Part shown: positions 39,405-53,655 of the stretch, piece by piece
Layout of the letters: each line of letters starts with the position of its first letter
Position numbering within the stretch: position 1 is the first letter of the stretch
NCBI GenBank assembly: GCA_964016885.1
Contig: OZ024742.1
Span: forward strand, 151,590,001 to 151,654,000
Origin: Eledone cirrhosa
Lineage: Eukaryota
Direction: 5' to 3'
DNA length: 64,000 bases
Notes under the pieces: generated by a model
The model's database searches: none
Told to the model about the DNA's origin: nothing
The model's input: the letters and a program-made list of their open reading frames with translations, nothing else
Position numbers and translations under genes: made by a program

Positions 39405-40119
39405 TCTCACACACACATATATATATACAAGGTCAAATATGCACTTGCTCTATACTAATTTTATTTCGAACCTGAAATACATCATTCGATGTGGGTTCAA
39501 TGAAACTCTCTCCCACATCTTTCAACAAATTTATTTTCTACCTGATTCGACTAAACTCTCTCTTACAATTTAAACAACACACTTTTCTACAATCTTTCAT
39601 TAAACCCACTTTCGTAGCTTCAAATATAACTTCAATGAGACTTAACCAAAAGTTCTCATTTAAGCTGTAACCAGTTCTTTCGAGCCCCTAAGCACATGTA
39701 GATTATGGTCCCTCCTTCTCCCGCTAGGAAGGTTGCAAAAAAGGTTTTGGGGATGACAGAAATCGGAGTAAACGACTAAGTGATTTTTTAACCTTTTTAG
39801 TGGACTCCATTAAAAAATCTTAACTTAAAAAAAAAAAAATTAAAACGAATACCACTGATGATACATCTGACAACAGTTATGTTTCCGAGTTATTAAAGCT
39901 TTTGAGAAATAACAGTAATTTACTCGTGCATGATGAAAGAGATTCTAATGTTTTTGAGAATTAACGACTTTCAGACAATGTCATTGATACTCCATTTTAT
40001 CATACTCCATTTAGTGAGGAGATCTTGTGCTTATTTAAATTCAAAAATTCATTGTCAGAAAAGTTTGGTGATTTGAAAATACTGTTATCGGTTTCTTTTA
40101 AAATTTCCTTCATTTGCCT

Positions 40120-41340
40120 TCATGGACAAAAGACGAAAAAGAAGAGGATTTAAATTCAAAATATGAATTACCTGGCTATAAAAGTTTTCATGTACCTCGA
40201 GGATACAATATGAGAGGCTTCTGTATGTATTTAATGATAGACTTTGAAGGATATGAAAAGGGAGAACTACAAATTAGCAATGAAGACCTTGACGCTCAAT
40301 TTATTGAAGTAATAGGACTAAAAAAGAAAAGCATTTTATTTGGAAACATATATCGACCACCAAAAGGGAAAATGAAATCTTATCTAAGTTCCTCGCTGAT
40401 ATTAGGCGGAATCCCATATTTATTTCTGGTGACATTAATTTCAACTTATTTGCATACCATACGGATCCAAAATTTAGAACCATTAAAAAAAAATACGTGG
40501 AAGTTGTTTTATGCCACTTATGTAACGTTATCAAAAGCACTTGCATTGACAACATGTTCTTTAATTTAACTTATAATTATGATGTTAAATCTGGCATCGT
40601 AAGTGCAAAAATCAGTGATCATTATTCAATTTAAGTAATAAAAGATATTCAGTGCAGCCATAAAAATATACCAAAGAAAGTAATGGTTAAAAAGAGGATA
40701 TTCACGAAACAAAATTTAGATCTTTCCAGCAACTAGCTCAAAGAATGTAATAGGACGTTTGTTATCAACACACGTGACTCGAATAGATTTTATGAAAACT
40801 TTTTAGTTAGTTTCGAATGTCTTTTTAATTATTCTATAAAAGAAAAGTCAGTGAAAGAAAAGTATATTTTTGAAAAATGGATGAGAGCAGGAATTTTACG
40901 TATTTTTAAGCGAAAACAAAAGTGGTATTTGAAACACGTAATAAATAAACATCACAATAATGAAGAAAGTTACAAAAATATGCTAACATTTTTAATGCGT
41001 TAGAAGAGAAAGTTAAAATCTCTTATTTTTCGAACCAAATTGAAAAACACAAATTAAATATTTAAAAAATCTGGTCAATCATAAAATCAATAATTTCTAA
41101 AATTATTGCATATCAATAAATGGCAAAAAATATACGACAAGCAGTTGACTGCTGAGTAATTCAACAAATGTTTTACCAATGTTGGTCCAAATATCGTGTC
41201 GAATATACCAAAAGCTAACACAAACTCCCTTGAGTTTATACAAATAGACGAACTAGTTACGGATGAGGAATTGAAGTACACATTCACTCATCTGACGAAA
41301 AAAGCGCCTAGACATGACTCCATTAGAGCAAACATTGCTC
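40120..41340 (+). mobile_element. Highly decayed CR1/L2-like LINE (APE domain to start of RT)
   Basis: LPGY, GNIYRPP, G-DINF, SDH, FNKCFTNVG and KAP-HD remnants with many stops. Confidence 0.65.
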
Positions 41341-42879
41341 TAATAAAGAATGGCTAAACAGACGGAATAATTGAGTCCTATATAAACTATTTCTGAAAAA
41401 AATAACAATGAGATGGCTAGAACATCTTTAATCATATGTCTGCTTGATCGGGGATGACCTCGGTCTAAACAACAGCTAGAACAGCATTTCCTCGGAACAG
41501 TTAGAATTAGTGCAGTTCATTAAAGCAGTTTATTGTAGAAATTGAATTAATAATAAAGCCGAAACAACTAACGAATGATATTTATCAAGTTAAAAGTTGA
41601 ATAATTAACATTTTTTGATTAGACGTTATCTGTGCGTATTTAGAGCAAGCCTTATGATTACAGGGTTTCATATTCTTTGAATGCTCTCAAGATCAGAAAA
41701 TGACAAGTACAATAATATTTGTATAATGAATTATTATTTAGGAAAACATGATTACTGTTACATGATGGGTGAAGCTGTTCATAAATTACATTCAAGTATT
41801 AAAAGAGGTCATACCAACTGTCGAAGAAGAGAGAGTAATGTTTGTAATTTACAAACAGCAATATACACTCTGCAAAATTATAACACATGATAATAGTTTT
41901 CAGAGTAAAATTCCTCGCGGTTGGATTTGCATACAACGGAACACGTTGATGCCTGTTAATTAATAACAGATGGGGGTGGGGGGTGGGGACACACACACAC
42001 AGAACAAATCATTATTTTAATTATTTGATAATTTTTAAAAAAAAAAATTATTCCGATGAAAATAATTAGGCACAATTGTAATTAAAGTAATTTTAGGAGT
42101 TTTTCTTTCGAACCGAAATCATTTCTGTTTTTATATTTTAAAAATATTTAGTTTTGTGTATTGTAGAAAATATAACAAATAACAAATAGCATGAAAATCT
42201 TTAACTAGAGGTGAACATTTTGGTATTTTGTTTCTCACATTTAATAATATATAGTAAGATTCTGACTGTTGTTTTTAGTTTGAACGATGTACAGTTTAAT
42301 TAAATTTTCATGCAACAGAATTAATTATGTCTAACGAGCTTTTAATAAGAATATTTAATGAAATATTGATTTTCCGATGTTGGCACAGTTAAAAAAAAAA
42401 TATGTACGAAAAATACATAGTCTATTATATGAATATTAGACATGTCACAGTATATTACTGGTATATCTTCAAAAATATTTAATCAACTAATGAGGGATGA
42501 AAGACAAACATCGATCTTAGAGAAATTTGTGCTATGAAAGTAGGTGTTTCTCAGCAGTGATCTTCTGCTAGAAAACGGGTCGTAAGTGGCAGATAACGAT
42601 ACGGCCACCAGATATCATGGTTAGATGCGATATAAGCGGGCAGCTGCCGGACGAATAAATAAACCCGGACCAACAGCGGTAAAATGCTAGTGGAGATGTA
42701 GCAATGGGTAACACCTGTAGTTCCCAAGAAAACTCACGCATCCCAGTGATGTAGCTATGGCAAGGTGAGTCAAGGCCTAGCCTTAGCGGGTTTAAGAAAG
42801 TACCAGATTGGTGACTGGCGCGAATAATACCTCCAACACTGCAATATAGTGAGAGGTATGGAAAAGAACCATAGTGTGT

Positions 42880-43175
42880 AATTAGGAGATCAGAGAGCCA
42901 CTCCAGGTAGAGCCGCTACTTCTCCGAATTGAAAGATCACAGCTCCGATGCTACGGACAAGGGGTTAGAATATCTCAGGAAAGGATCGCTGGACAGAATT
43001 CACAGGCAAAACAAACTGGCAGGAGATCCAAGGGTAAACTCCGAGCAAGATGGTTGGATAACATCCATGAGCTTGTCTGGTCTCATTGTGGGATCCAACA
43101 GGATCAGTTTGAGATGGTTGCTATTAGGAATGTTTGAAGACAGTCCCTCCACGAATCTCTCAGGAAGAAGAAAGT
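42880..43175 (+). mobile_element. RTE LINE 3' fragment
   Basis: Homologous to 25295-25580. Confidence 0.7.
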
Positions 43176-43213
43176 GATTGTGTCACTTAGTTTTTGACTG
43201 CTGCTGCTGTTGT

Positions 43214-43275
<62 letters not shown>

Positions 43276-43689
43276 TAAACAACAATAGCTTGTAGCAGTG
43301 CTATTAGTAATATTAATAATCCCGTCTTTCAATAAGCCAAATGCCAATTACATCCAGATTCATTCAGAGATACAATTACAGGAAACGTTAAAATAAGCGA
43401 GGTTACAAAAGCAAATGGAGACAAAGTTATCCAAAAAAGGGGTTTGAGACAGAAATATTAGTGAAAGAAGAAATTTATCAATATTTGTATTAAAAAATAC
43501 GATGGTGATATAATAAATAAATAACTATAAAGAATACAATATATAAAATATTCAAAAACCTACACACCGATATATACCGGATTTCCCAACCCAATACGTG
43601 TGAGAATCCACTAGGTAAATTGGGCTAGAGTATTACCGTAACCTGCCCTTTTCCAAATTGAAAAAGGGAACGAATTAATGAGAGGATAT

Positions 43690-44335
43690 CTTCTTTTTCT
43701 CTTCTTTTCTTCGCCCACTTATTACGGAGAGGGTCTTGGGGGCAGAGTCCTCAAACACTCCCTCCAGCGGGTCCTGTCAGAAGCAACCATCTCCAACTGA
43801 TTGTCAGCAGCCAAGCCCATGGATGTTATTCAACCATTTTGCTCGGGTTCTACTCCGGTCTCCTGCCTGTTGGTTTGGCTCGTAAAATCTGCCCAGCGAT
43901 TCTTTCCTGAGACATTCTAACCACATGCCCATATTATCGGAGCTGTGATCTCTTAATTCAGAGAAGTAGCGGCTTTACCTGGAGTTAGTTTCTGATCTCC
44001 GAGCTGTGCACTTTATCGAGTAACGTTACTCCAAAGACCCTTCGGAGAAATCCCATTTCGGCCGTTTGTATTCACGATCGTATTCTTTCGGTGATTACCC
44101 TTCTGATTACTGAATGCTGAAGCTGGTACATTACTGCACCACCTCCTGCAATTCTTGCACTTAATTCAGCTCCCTGCCATCCATCACTCGTGGACACGGC
44201 TCCGAGGCGAGGTACTTGAACTTCTCAACCTGCTTCAGTGGGACTCCATTCACATGGACTGCGAAAGCTTCCTTGGGGGGACGAGTATCTCAGTTTTCGC
44301 TGCACTGATTTTCTTCCAGCCATACAGCACTCGGC
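43690..44335 (-). mobile_element. RTE LINE 3' fragment
   Basis: Reverse complement is homologous to 25190-25580 and includes the VEKFKYL motif. Confidence 0.7.
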
Positions 44336-44760
44336 ATCAAACCTATCATGAGAGAATATAGCAATATTAAATGAACTAATCTCTAGAAATAATGTCAGAT
44401 CACCGAAAGGAAGAAAACTGAAGAGAAAATATGGATTTTCATCATGAGAAGAGCTGACACCAACAAAGGAAATACTAAAACAAAAAGTAAAAGACCAAAG
44501 AATACGAAGATTTGAAAAAAGAAACAATTTATACAAGCAAAATCAGTTGTTCATATCGAATGCCAAATCATTTTACAGAGAAATAGGGAAGAAGAAAATA
44601 ACCATTGAAGACCCATGGAAGAAATTGAAAACGTTTGAAGAAAGATTTGGAGTCATGAGAAAGAAAATGTAGGTTGGATTAGGCGCTCAGAAGAACCCTA
44701 CAAAAATTTGCAAGAATAACCATGGGAAGACATTTCAATAGCAGACCCAAGAAGTGCAAA
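44336..44760 (+). mobile_element. R4/Dong-like non-LTR fragment (pre-RT region)
   Basis: LKQKVK.QRIRRFEKRNNLYKQNQLFISNAKSFYREIG and ..KIWS. Confidence 0.55.
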
Positions 44761-45799
44761 AAATTATTTTAACTGGTACGGCACACGTATTGAGAAGCGT
44801 ACTAGCGCTGTGAGAGAGATAATCTATGTAATTTTTTTTTACTTAAATTTATTAGATAATATTCCATAATTATGTAAGCTGTAAATAATTGAGCACTCTT
44901 ATATGATTAAACTAGATGATTTAACTAGATAATGTGTACATGTATAAAGCAAATGATATACTTGTAACTGTGTAAAGTGCGTGACGTGAACAATCTGGAT
45001 GTTCATTTTGTGGGTTATCAATGTATGCAGTGAGTTTCTCTGCCCTGGGTGTCGGGAAGACACACAACAAAAAATGGAAACAAAACTGAAGGAAGAAAAA
45101 AAGACACAAAAACATAATCTATGGTATATTATTATCTCAATGCAGAAGATTTATGTAAGAGATTGTTTCATTATATTTATTATTAGAGGATTTATGAAAA
45201 TGTCATTTGTTCTGCCATCATTTTTTACTAGATATTTTTTACTTGGAATCTAGCCAAATTGTGTTTTTGTCATAGAGAGAAGCATCGATTTCTTTGTTCT
45301 TGCTGGCTGGGCATCTTTGCAGACATAATTTTTCTCTTGTTCTCGATACTTTAGCTGATTTCTTCATCGTCTTATGAGTTATCTGAGTTTAGAAGTAAGT
45401 ATTCGATTTGGTTTTGTACTGTTGAAAATGCTCCCATTCTAGACTAGTTGGTCTCTTTCTTTTTCCTATTCCCTGTCAAATATTTTAACTGTACACCTGA
45501 CACTACTACCGCTGTGTCTAGTAAACGTCTTGGTGGAGGTATCGAGTTGGCAACAATTCCGGTCAGTGTTTTTGGTTTGGATTATAGTTGATCTTCTTCA
45601 GGTCGGTCCGACTCTGACAAATATGATATCATATTTTCCTTTTCTCTTCAGGAAGCAAATTGTGGCTGCTATTTTAACAGGTTCAGTGACCAGATCACGT
45701 TACTGTGATCGGTGTGTTCATATTGTGACTGATTTTGTTGAAACTGTTGAGGCTGTTTTTGTTGTTGTCTTTTGTTTTTATTATCGTTATAGTTCAAGG

Positions 45800-46330
45800 C
45801 GATGGATTGGTAGTATCGGTAGAAGATCGGACGCCATGCTTTGCAGCATAGAGTTACGTCCCTTTACGGCCTGAGTTCAAATCCCTTCGAGGTTAACTTT
45901 GCCTTTCATCTTTACAGGGGCGATAAAATAAAATAAAGTACCAGTAACGTACGGGGATAATTGCTGACCTGTGCCAAAGTTGAAACAATTACCCTTATAC
46001 TTCAAGAATTGTTGATTTGTTGCTATTGTTTTTCACACTGCCAGTACAGATAAAACACACACGAAACCTCCTCTTCATGACCAAAATGGCGGTCGAGTGC
46101 CAAAATTAGAAGCCATTTAAGGATGGTGGATTGGCAGAGTCGTTAAAGCGTCGGACAAATTCTTCACAGTGTTTGTTTCGACTCTTCATATTCCGAGTTC
46201 AAATACTGCTGAAGTCATCTTAGCCTTTCATCATTTGAGGGATCGAGACAATAGACTACTAGACAAGTACTGTGGTCGATTTAATCGACATTTCTCTTCC
46301 CCCAAATTACTAATCTTGTACCTAATTTAA
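45800..46330 (+). mobile_element. Two tRNA-derived SINE copies
   Basis: The shared SINE head and body start at ~45800 and ~46125. Confidence 0.75.
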
Positions 46331-46479
46331 AATTCCTTTTTTCCTCGGATATTATTCTATTCGAATTTTACTGATATCTCCAAGTGCAATTGTTTACTAG
46401 GGACATTTATAATACGAGATCTACAATTATCCTTTACATTAATAACTTTATGCAGTGAATGACAACCGAATTTTACTGA

Positions 46480-46716
46480 CAGGGTGGGCCAGAATTCATG
46501 ACTCGCTTGTTAGCTATATTTCTTAACATGCTTATTTTATTGTTATTGTATTGTTTTGATTTATTATTTTATTTTTTAATATGCTTAACCGGTTTCTTAA
46601 TTTATATTTTTATTTCTTAATATGCCTCACAGGTTTTTTATTTATGTTTTCTAAATTTGATTAACCATGGCACATCTATAAATAATCAAGTGAATCATGA
46701 ATTCTGGCCCACCCTG
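46480..46716. mobile_element. Tc1/mariner-type MITE
   Basis: Terminal inverted repeat CAGGGTGGGCCAGAATTCATGA...TCATGAATTCTGGCCCACCCTG with an AT-rich interior. There is TA on the right flank and GA on the left. Confidence 0.8.
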
Positions 46717-47614
46717 TAATTTTATCAATAATGAATTCTAGCATAGTCATGAAACCACCATTTTCCAGTTGAAAATCGAAAGAAGTTTACTAGCCTAGTG
46801 GCAGGTATTTAATAATGCAATCACACTGTAGAAGAAATTTGTTTTGCGAATAATATACGAAATAAAGGGTGTATATATTTCATTGACGAAGCTAAGTGAA
46901 AGCAACTATAAACCAGCTTAACACCTCGTCTTGCAACGTAGGAAGATATATAAAAACATGAAGTGATGAAGTGATAAATTTAATCCAATATAATGTCTGC
47001 GAAAGATTTCTACCTTGTCACCTCACAGTGTTGAAAATATAAACCACCTGATCTATCTCATTTGAAAAATATAGACGAACTTTGGTGCTTTTCTTTTCGT
47101 CTTTGTTTTCTGAGTAATCTATTAACAGTTTATGGCGAGCGTCGTAGAATTAATAGAATGAGAGGAAGCGCTTAGCAAGTCAAGTATAACGCGCAGTTTC
47201 AACTGTCGGTTGTAGTTTAATCACACAACAGATAGGTGAAGTTATTTTATATCCCATACGGTACAACACTTTATATTTTACTCCATTACATTCAGGAAAA
47301 ACGGCTGTCGTTATTTCCCATCACATCAGATACAGCTCAGACAGATGTAGGTCTAGCACATTACATAAGATGCAATACAGACAGGTGTAGTTCTATCACA
47401 TTACATAAGAGGCAACACAGACAGGATACTTCACATCATATACAGTACAAAATATTATATTTTATCACATCACATACTGGAAAAACGGTTGTGGTTATTT
47501 TGCATCACATCAGATACAACACAAACGGGTGGTGTAGTTCTACCAAATTACATACATCCCAAAATCTTGTATTTCACATAAAACCAGATGCAACATGAAT
47601 GGTTGTAGTTTTAT

Positions 47615-47798
47615 AATTGTTTCTACTTTTGGCACAAGGACAGCAATTACCCAGTACATTACTGGTACTTTATTTTATCGACTCCGTAAGGATGAAAGGC
47701 AAAGTTAACCTCGGCGAGATTTGAACTCAGATCATAAAGGTACGTACCTCTATGCTTCAAAGCATGGCGTCTGACCCTCTACCGATACTTCCAATCCA
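47615..47798 (-). mobile_element. tRNA-derived SINE
   Basis: Reverse complement of the SINE consensus seen at 1105-1320. Confidence 0.8.
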
Positions 47799-48136
47799 AA
47801 TACAATCCCATCACATAAAGCACAGCCGGTCTTGAGAAAAGTAAAACAACTAAATATCAACCCCTTCCTCTAAAGGTTGCTGCTATGAATGTGTGTGTAT
47901 CTGCAATTTAGGGTCAGCGTGTGAAGTCAACGGTGTGCAACAAAATGCGACCTTTTCGGGAGTATCTTATCTTGGTACGTGTGCGTTAGTGTGTATGTAG
48001 AGGTAAACTTGAGTATTTGTATATGTATACATATAAATACACTCAACAATACATACGTAGATGTACCTACACGCATATACATATATAGGCATACCTTGGG
48101 TCATATAGAGGAAGAAGAAAAGTGACATATGTATCC

Positions 48137-48382
48137 ATGTCCCCGCCTCTCCAGTCAACGATGAGGTCAACTAGGTGAATTCAAGACTCTAGAGGCCACT
48201 TGCCATCGATATTTTCTGAAATAATTTGTTTTGTACTTAGCTTTTATATAAGTTAATTTGTATACATGTCCTCGCCTCTCGTGTCAACGATGAGGTCAAC
48301 TAGGGGAATTCAAGACTCTAGAGGCCACATGCCATCGATATTTTCTGAAATAATTTGTTTTGTACTTAGCTTTTATATAAGT
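48137..48382. repeat. Tandem duplication of ~120 bp
   Basis: 48137-48253 matches 48265-48382. Confidence 0.85.
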
Positions 48383-48631
48383 CAATTTTTACCCAGGGCT
48401 ATATGTTGCTTCCTTTTTATTCTTGTGTTGAGAGAAAAACAAATTCATTTAATGTCTAATTTGCTCACAATTTTCCCAGTACAATAATTGACAAACCTGG
48501 AACTTTCAGTTTAATTTGATAAATACTACCCAAATAGATGCATTTAACAAATAAAATAATTACCAAACTGAGAATTAAGTTTACTTTATTCAATATGTTC
48601 CGAAGAAAATTATTTAGTAAACAGAAAAAAA

Positions 48632-48664
<33 letters not shown>

Positions 48665-50919
48665 TAGAAACAGCAACAACAACAACAATAACACAAAAAC
48701 AAAGAATAAAGAACAACAAAAATCTCCGAAAATATGGAACAGCTTAAAAATTAAAATACTTTGATATCACTTTCATATTATCTAATCAGAGACCACATAT
48801 AGTGTCTCGTCATGGTATTATCGCAGTGACCTTCACATCTCCTCTCTATTATTGCAATATCTCCGCGAAGCCCTTCATGGTGCTCCTCAGTAACATTATC
48901 TATCATTTTATGTATAGAACCAATATGCGAATAGAATATAAAAATGTATGTTTAAAGAGGCGCGACAACTGCTATAACTTCCAATAAGCCTTGCCACAAG
49001 TTACCCGGAGTTAAGATGTTTGCGATTCTCCAGAAAGCCATGGTCTAGAATTGAAAATGCACACCATGATTCTTTCAACTCTGATAACCTTTCTTTCATT
49101 TTTTACAACCTTTAATTTTGTCATCAGAAATCTTTGGAAAAGGAATTCTTGGTATGTTTCTCCTCCAAAAATCGAAGGATCTTTCAAACTGTTTTATCAA
49201 TTCCATTTGTTCAGACCCTATATCCTTAATTCGAGCCGGCTGTATGTGTGTAAGGGAGGTCCCATAAACAAAAGAAATATGAAGATTTTGTGTAGTATAA
49301 ATCAAGCATCATAAATCCCCCACCCACATATCCCACCTAAATTGTTTCAGAGTTTGTTTGTGCAAGAAGTATTTTCATTCCCTTTTTTATCTGCACTGTA
49401 AATACCGAAATAAATATTGGTTTCCATTTTGAAATTAGTAATTTTAGTTCGTCTTGGCGTGTTCGTGCATCTTACAAATTTTAGTTATTCAAAGTATATG
49501 TTATAGTGTAATTACCAAGTAATTCTGTTTGTGGGTGTAATAATAGCAAGAATTCGCCATGAGAAACAGGTGATATAGCGAAGAATAAGTTTGCCTCCCT
49601 TTTAAATTTATTCGTTGTAACACCAACCATGCAGAAAAAGCTATCGCCATGGAGATTTTTCGAATCTCCCTATATCTGAGAATAGCAAAAGGTATATCTG
49701 TTCTCACAGCTCTTAACCATCCTACTAAAATAGATCTACAGTTCCCACGCATTGCATGTGTTTTTAACGTTTTAACTAATTACAAATCAAAGATATGCAC
49801 CTCAGTTCAATTGGATGTAAGTTTTGTTATTTGCATTTCAGAAAGAAAATAATATATATTAATAAAGATGTTATTTGTGGTGTTTGTGCAGCAAAGGTGT
49901 GTATGTAGTTTAGTCTCATGTCATTACATATCATGTCATCACATATCTGTGATTAAAGTCGTTCCATATTTGGCCTTCTCGTCTTCTATCTAATTAGAGA
50001 GGATTTATGATTAAATAATATAATATGTATTTTCTGTTTCATGGTAGTAGTCTGTGATTTAAATGAGATGTGATGCTATTTTAACACATCAAATGAACAC
50101 GTAGAAACTCCTCCAAGGCTGGAATGAATTGCGATGATAGCGGGAATGTTGTGATTCTTTAGCTCCAGGTTAATTCAGATCCGACAACCTATGATTAAAC
50201 GTGTTCCAGCTGTAACCATTCCTTATTTTGTTATATCTAAAATTATATTACTTAATTTGACCATTTATAAAGATGTTAGGACAAGATCCGAGGGAATTTG
50301 TTTGCTATTTTTTAAGACGATCAAGCGACCACATCCACTGTTGTGGAAGTATGCAAATGTATGCAATGTTGTGACTAGGATAGAAATCAATTTTTATCTC
50401 GGTTTAGTATGCAATCGATTGAAATGTGACGATTATTATTATTATCAATATTTTACTACATGAATATAAAAATGTTAAGAAGTTTCTAAATATATCACCA
50501 TCATGATATTCCCTGTCAATATACCATTCAAATCATGTTGTTATCTCATTCTGGCGACCATACACAATATCATATGATGTTGTGATGGGGTAGTTCTGAG
50601 ATACGTTCACATAAAACCGCTACCCTCACCACTACAACTACCAGCACCTTTACTACTGACACAATACACAATTTAATAGATTTATTGCTATTTGCCGTCT
50701 GTTACTGTATGAGAATAACTTGTAATAAATTAAAATGTGGAAGATAAGGTCATTTAAGATTGGCAATCCGATATTATATTATAGAAGGAAGACGCAAAAG
50801 AAATGAAAACAATAGAACAAACTGAATGATAAAAATTAAAGTGTAGGAAAACTCAATATCTCTCAATGTTTAAATGTGAATGAATTAACAGCATATAGCG
50901 TTTATTATTTCTGGTGTAC

Positions 50920-51970
50920 AAGGGTGGTGGATTGGCACTATCAGTAGAGCGTCTGACACTATTCTTTGAAGCATAGAGTTATTGCCCTTTATGATCTGAG
51001 TTCAAATCCCGCCGAGGTTAACTTTGCCTTTCATCCTTACGGGGTCGATAAAATATAGTACCAGTCAAGCACTCGATTTAATCGAAGTTTCGCCAAAATT
51101 GCTGGCCTTGTGCCTATATAAAAAAACATTTTTGATGTACAATGGTGGTGGATTGGCACTATCAGTAGAGCATCAGACAACATGCTTTGCGGCATATATT
51201 TTTGTCCCTTTTCGTTCTTAGTTTAAATCCCGCTGAGGTTAGCTTTGTCTTTCATCCTTACCGGGTTGATAAAAATAAAGCACCAATAAGGCACTGGGGT
51301 TGATTTAGTCGACTTTCCCCTCCCCCAAATTGTTGGCCTTGTTCCTGAGTCAGAAACTATTATTTCTGATGCATCTTGGCGAAGAATTGGCTGAATCGTT
51401 AGAGCGTCGGTCAAAATGCATTGTAGCATTTAGTTACAGTTCTTTAAAGAGTACAAATCAAAATGCATTGTAGTATTTAGTTACAGTTCTTTAAAGAGTT
51501 CAAATCAAAATGCATTGTAGTATTTAGTTACAGTTCTTTAAAGAGTTCAAATCAAAATGCATTGTAGTATTTAGTTACAGTTCTTTAAAGAGTTCAAATC
51601 AAAATGCATTGTAGTATTTAGTTACAGTTCTTTAAAGAGTTCAAATCAAAATGCATTGTAGTATTTAGTTACAGTTCTTTAAAGAGTTCAAATCAAAATG
51701 CATTGTAGTATTTAGTTACAGTTCTTTAAAGAGTTCAAATCAAAATGCATTGTAGTATTTAGTTACAGTTCTTTAAAGAGTTCAAATCAAAATGCATTGT
51801 AGTATTTAGTTACAGTTCTTTAAAGAGTTCAAATCTCGTCGACATCATCGTTGCCTTTGATCCTTCCGAAATCAATGAAATAAAGTTCCTGTAAAGCACT
51901 AGGGGTGATTCTATCGACATTTAACTCCCTCTATTAATTACTAGCCTCCTGCCTATATTAGAAACATTTA
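50920..51970 (+). mobile_element. Three head-to-tail SINE copies
   Basis: Heads at ~50922, ~51143 and ~51377. Confidence 0.8.
51411..51833. repeat. 47-bp tandem repeat, nine copies, inside a SINE head
   Basis: The unit is tcaaaatgcattgtagtatttagttacagttctttaaagagttcaaa, with no spacers. Confidence 0.95.
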
Positions 51971-53434
51971 TTATTTTGCCCTTTCTTAATCAAATTGAGT
52001 ATTAGTAATATAAATTCGCTACAGTTATTCGTCCGGTAGATGATGTGAATAAATATGACAAATTTATGTTTGGTCGTTTCACTTGTTCTGATACTTTTTG
52101 TCTCTTGTACGAAATTCATAACTCTGTGCTATTATAAACTACAAATGTATGATTTAAAGACCGCTAAACCTCCAACGATGATTCTGTATGTAACGCTTGA
52201 AAGTGTGGAATCTCATACAAATATTTTTATATCCGTGTATATAGATCGCAGAATTTCCAGCATGAATATCATATGTAACAGTGTACAATAAAATTTACCT
52301 ATATAACTTTACAATGGATTTTACCTATATAACTGTACAATAAAATTTACATATTTAACACTACAGTATTATTTACTTTGCCTTTCATCCTTACGGGGTC
52401 GATAAAATAAAGTACCAGTAATGTACTGGGTATTTGCTGGCCTTGTGCCTAAAGTAGAAACAATTATTTACATATATATAGCATTGTACAATATAATTTA
52501 CATATTTAACACTGCACACATATTTTAATTAGATCCTATTCAAGATACCAATCACTCTCGGGATATTGATATCCATATCAATATCAGGATGATGTTCAAG
52601 ATATCTGTCAAACGTTTACAAAAATATCTGATGCCGAAATCAAATGTGATATAACTGTTGGATCAAAAATACATTTAGTGTTGATGTCCGAGAAAACTTG
52701 GAAGAAAAATGACGAAGATCGAAAAGGAAGTATTGTATGCATTTCGCTGAGTAGTTCAAGGATTACTGGGGATTCACAAGTGTTCTCAATACAGGGAGAT
52801 GATAGCAATGCCTACAAATAGTTTCAAGAAGTTATCGCATATCTTTAGAATTGAATTTTCTTGATTCTTTTCCCCGTGAAAATGTTGACATCCATCAGTA
52901 AAAAGAATGGTGAAAGGTTTCTCTAAGACATTACAAAATTGAGAGAAGGTGTCAAAGTCTTTAGGATAATGCAACGAAAGAAAATTGTATATGGTCTCCA
53001 GTTAGAATAAATGAAAACATCCACAAATGAAATGTGTGATCATTAAAACACATTTAAGCTTTAGATTGTTTAATATTTTCTTGGTTTGTCAAATATTTCC
53101 TTCGTTAAATTGGGAAATGTTTGAGCAAATTAAACATAAAATTCCGGATTTGTCAATTATTTTACTTGTTAAATGCATCTATTTGGAAAATTGCGAGCAC
53201 ATTAAACATGAAATTGATTTATTCTCTCTGAACATACGAAAATAAATGAAGTAAAACAGCCCTGGGTGAAGGTTACCTTTTGTAAAGATTAAATATACAA
53301 CTAAACATAATTTCGGAAAATATCAATGACAGTTGCAAACTAAGATCAGTTTTGAGCTTGAACTCAACTACAAAAGAATACAGACATTTTGAATCTTTTA
53401 GAAAATCAAGACATTTATCATCTTGTATAATCAC

Positions 53435-53655
53435 TGGTTTCTAATTTTGGCATGAGACCAACCATTTTGGAGGGAAGAGGAAAGTCAATTTAATTCACCC
53501 AAGTACGAGTACTTCACTGGCAGTTTATTTTATCAACTCCGGATGGATAAAAGGCAATGTTGACCTCGGCGGGATTTGAACTCAGAACGTATAAAGTCGC
53601 AGCTATATGTCGCAAAGCATTTTGTTCGACGCCCTACCAGCTTTGCCAATCCAGT
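53435..53655 (-). mobile_element. tRNA-derived SINE
   Basis: Reverse complement of the SINE consensus. Confidence 0.75.

Noticed and set aside
42570-42870. HDV-like ribozyme at a possible RTE 5' end
   Set aside because: I could not build the nested double pseudoknot by eye, so it is unsupported without a descriptor search.
51411-51833. CRISPR-like array
   Set aside because: The units are contiguous with no unique spacers, there are no cas genes, and the unit derives from a SINE.
48900-53000. Host gene exons
   Set aside because: The ORFs are short with stops in all frames, show no recognisable domain and have no coherent splice pattern.
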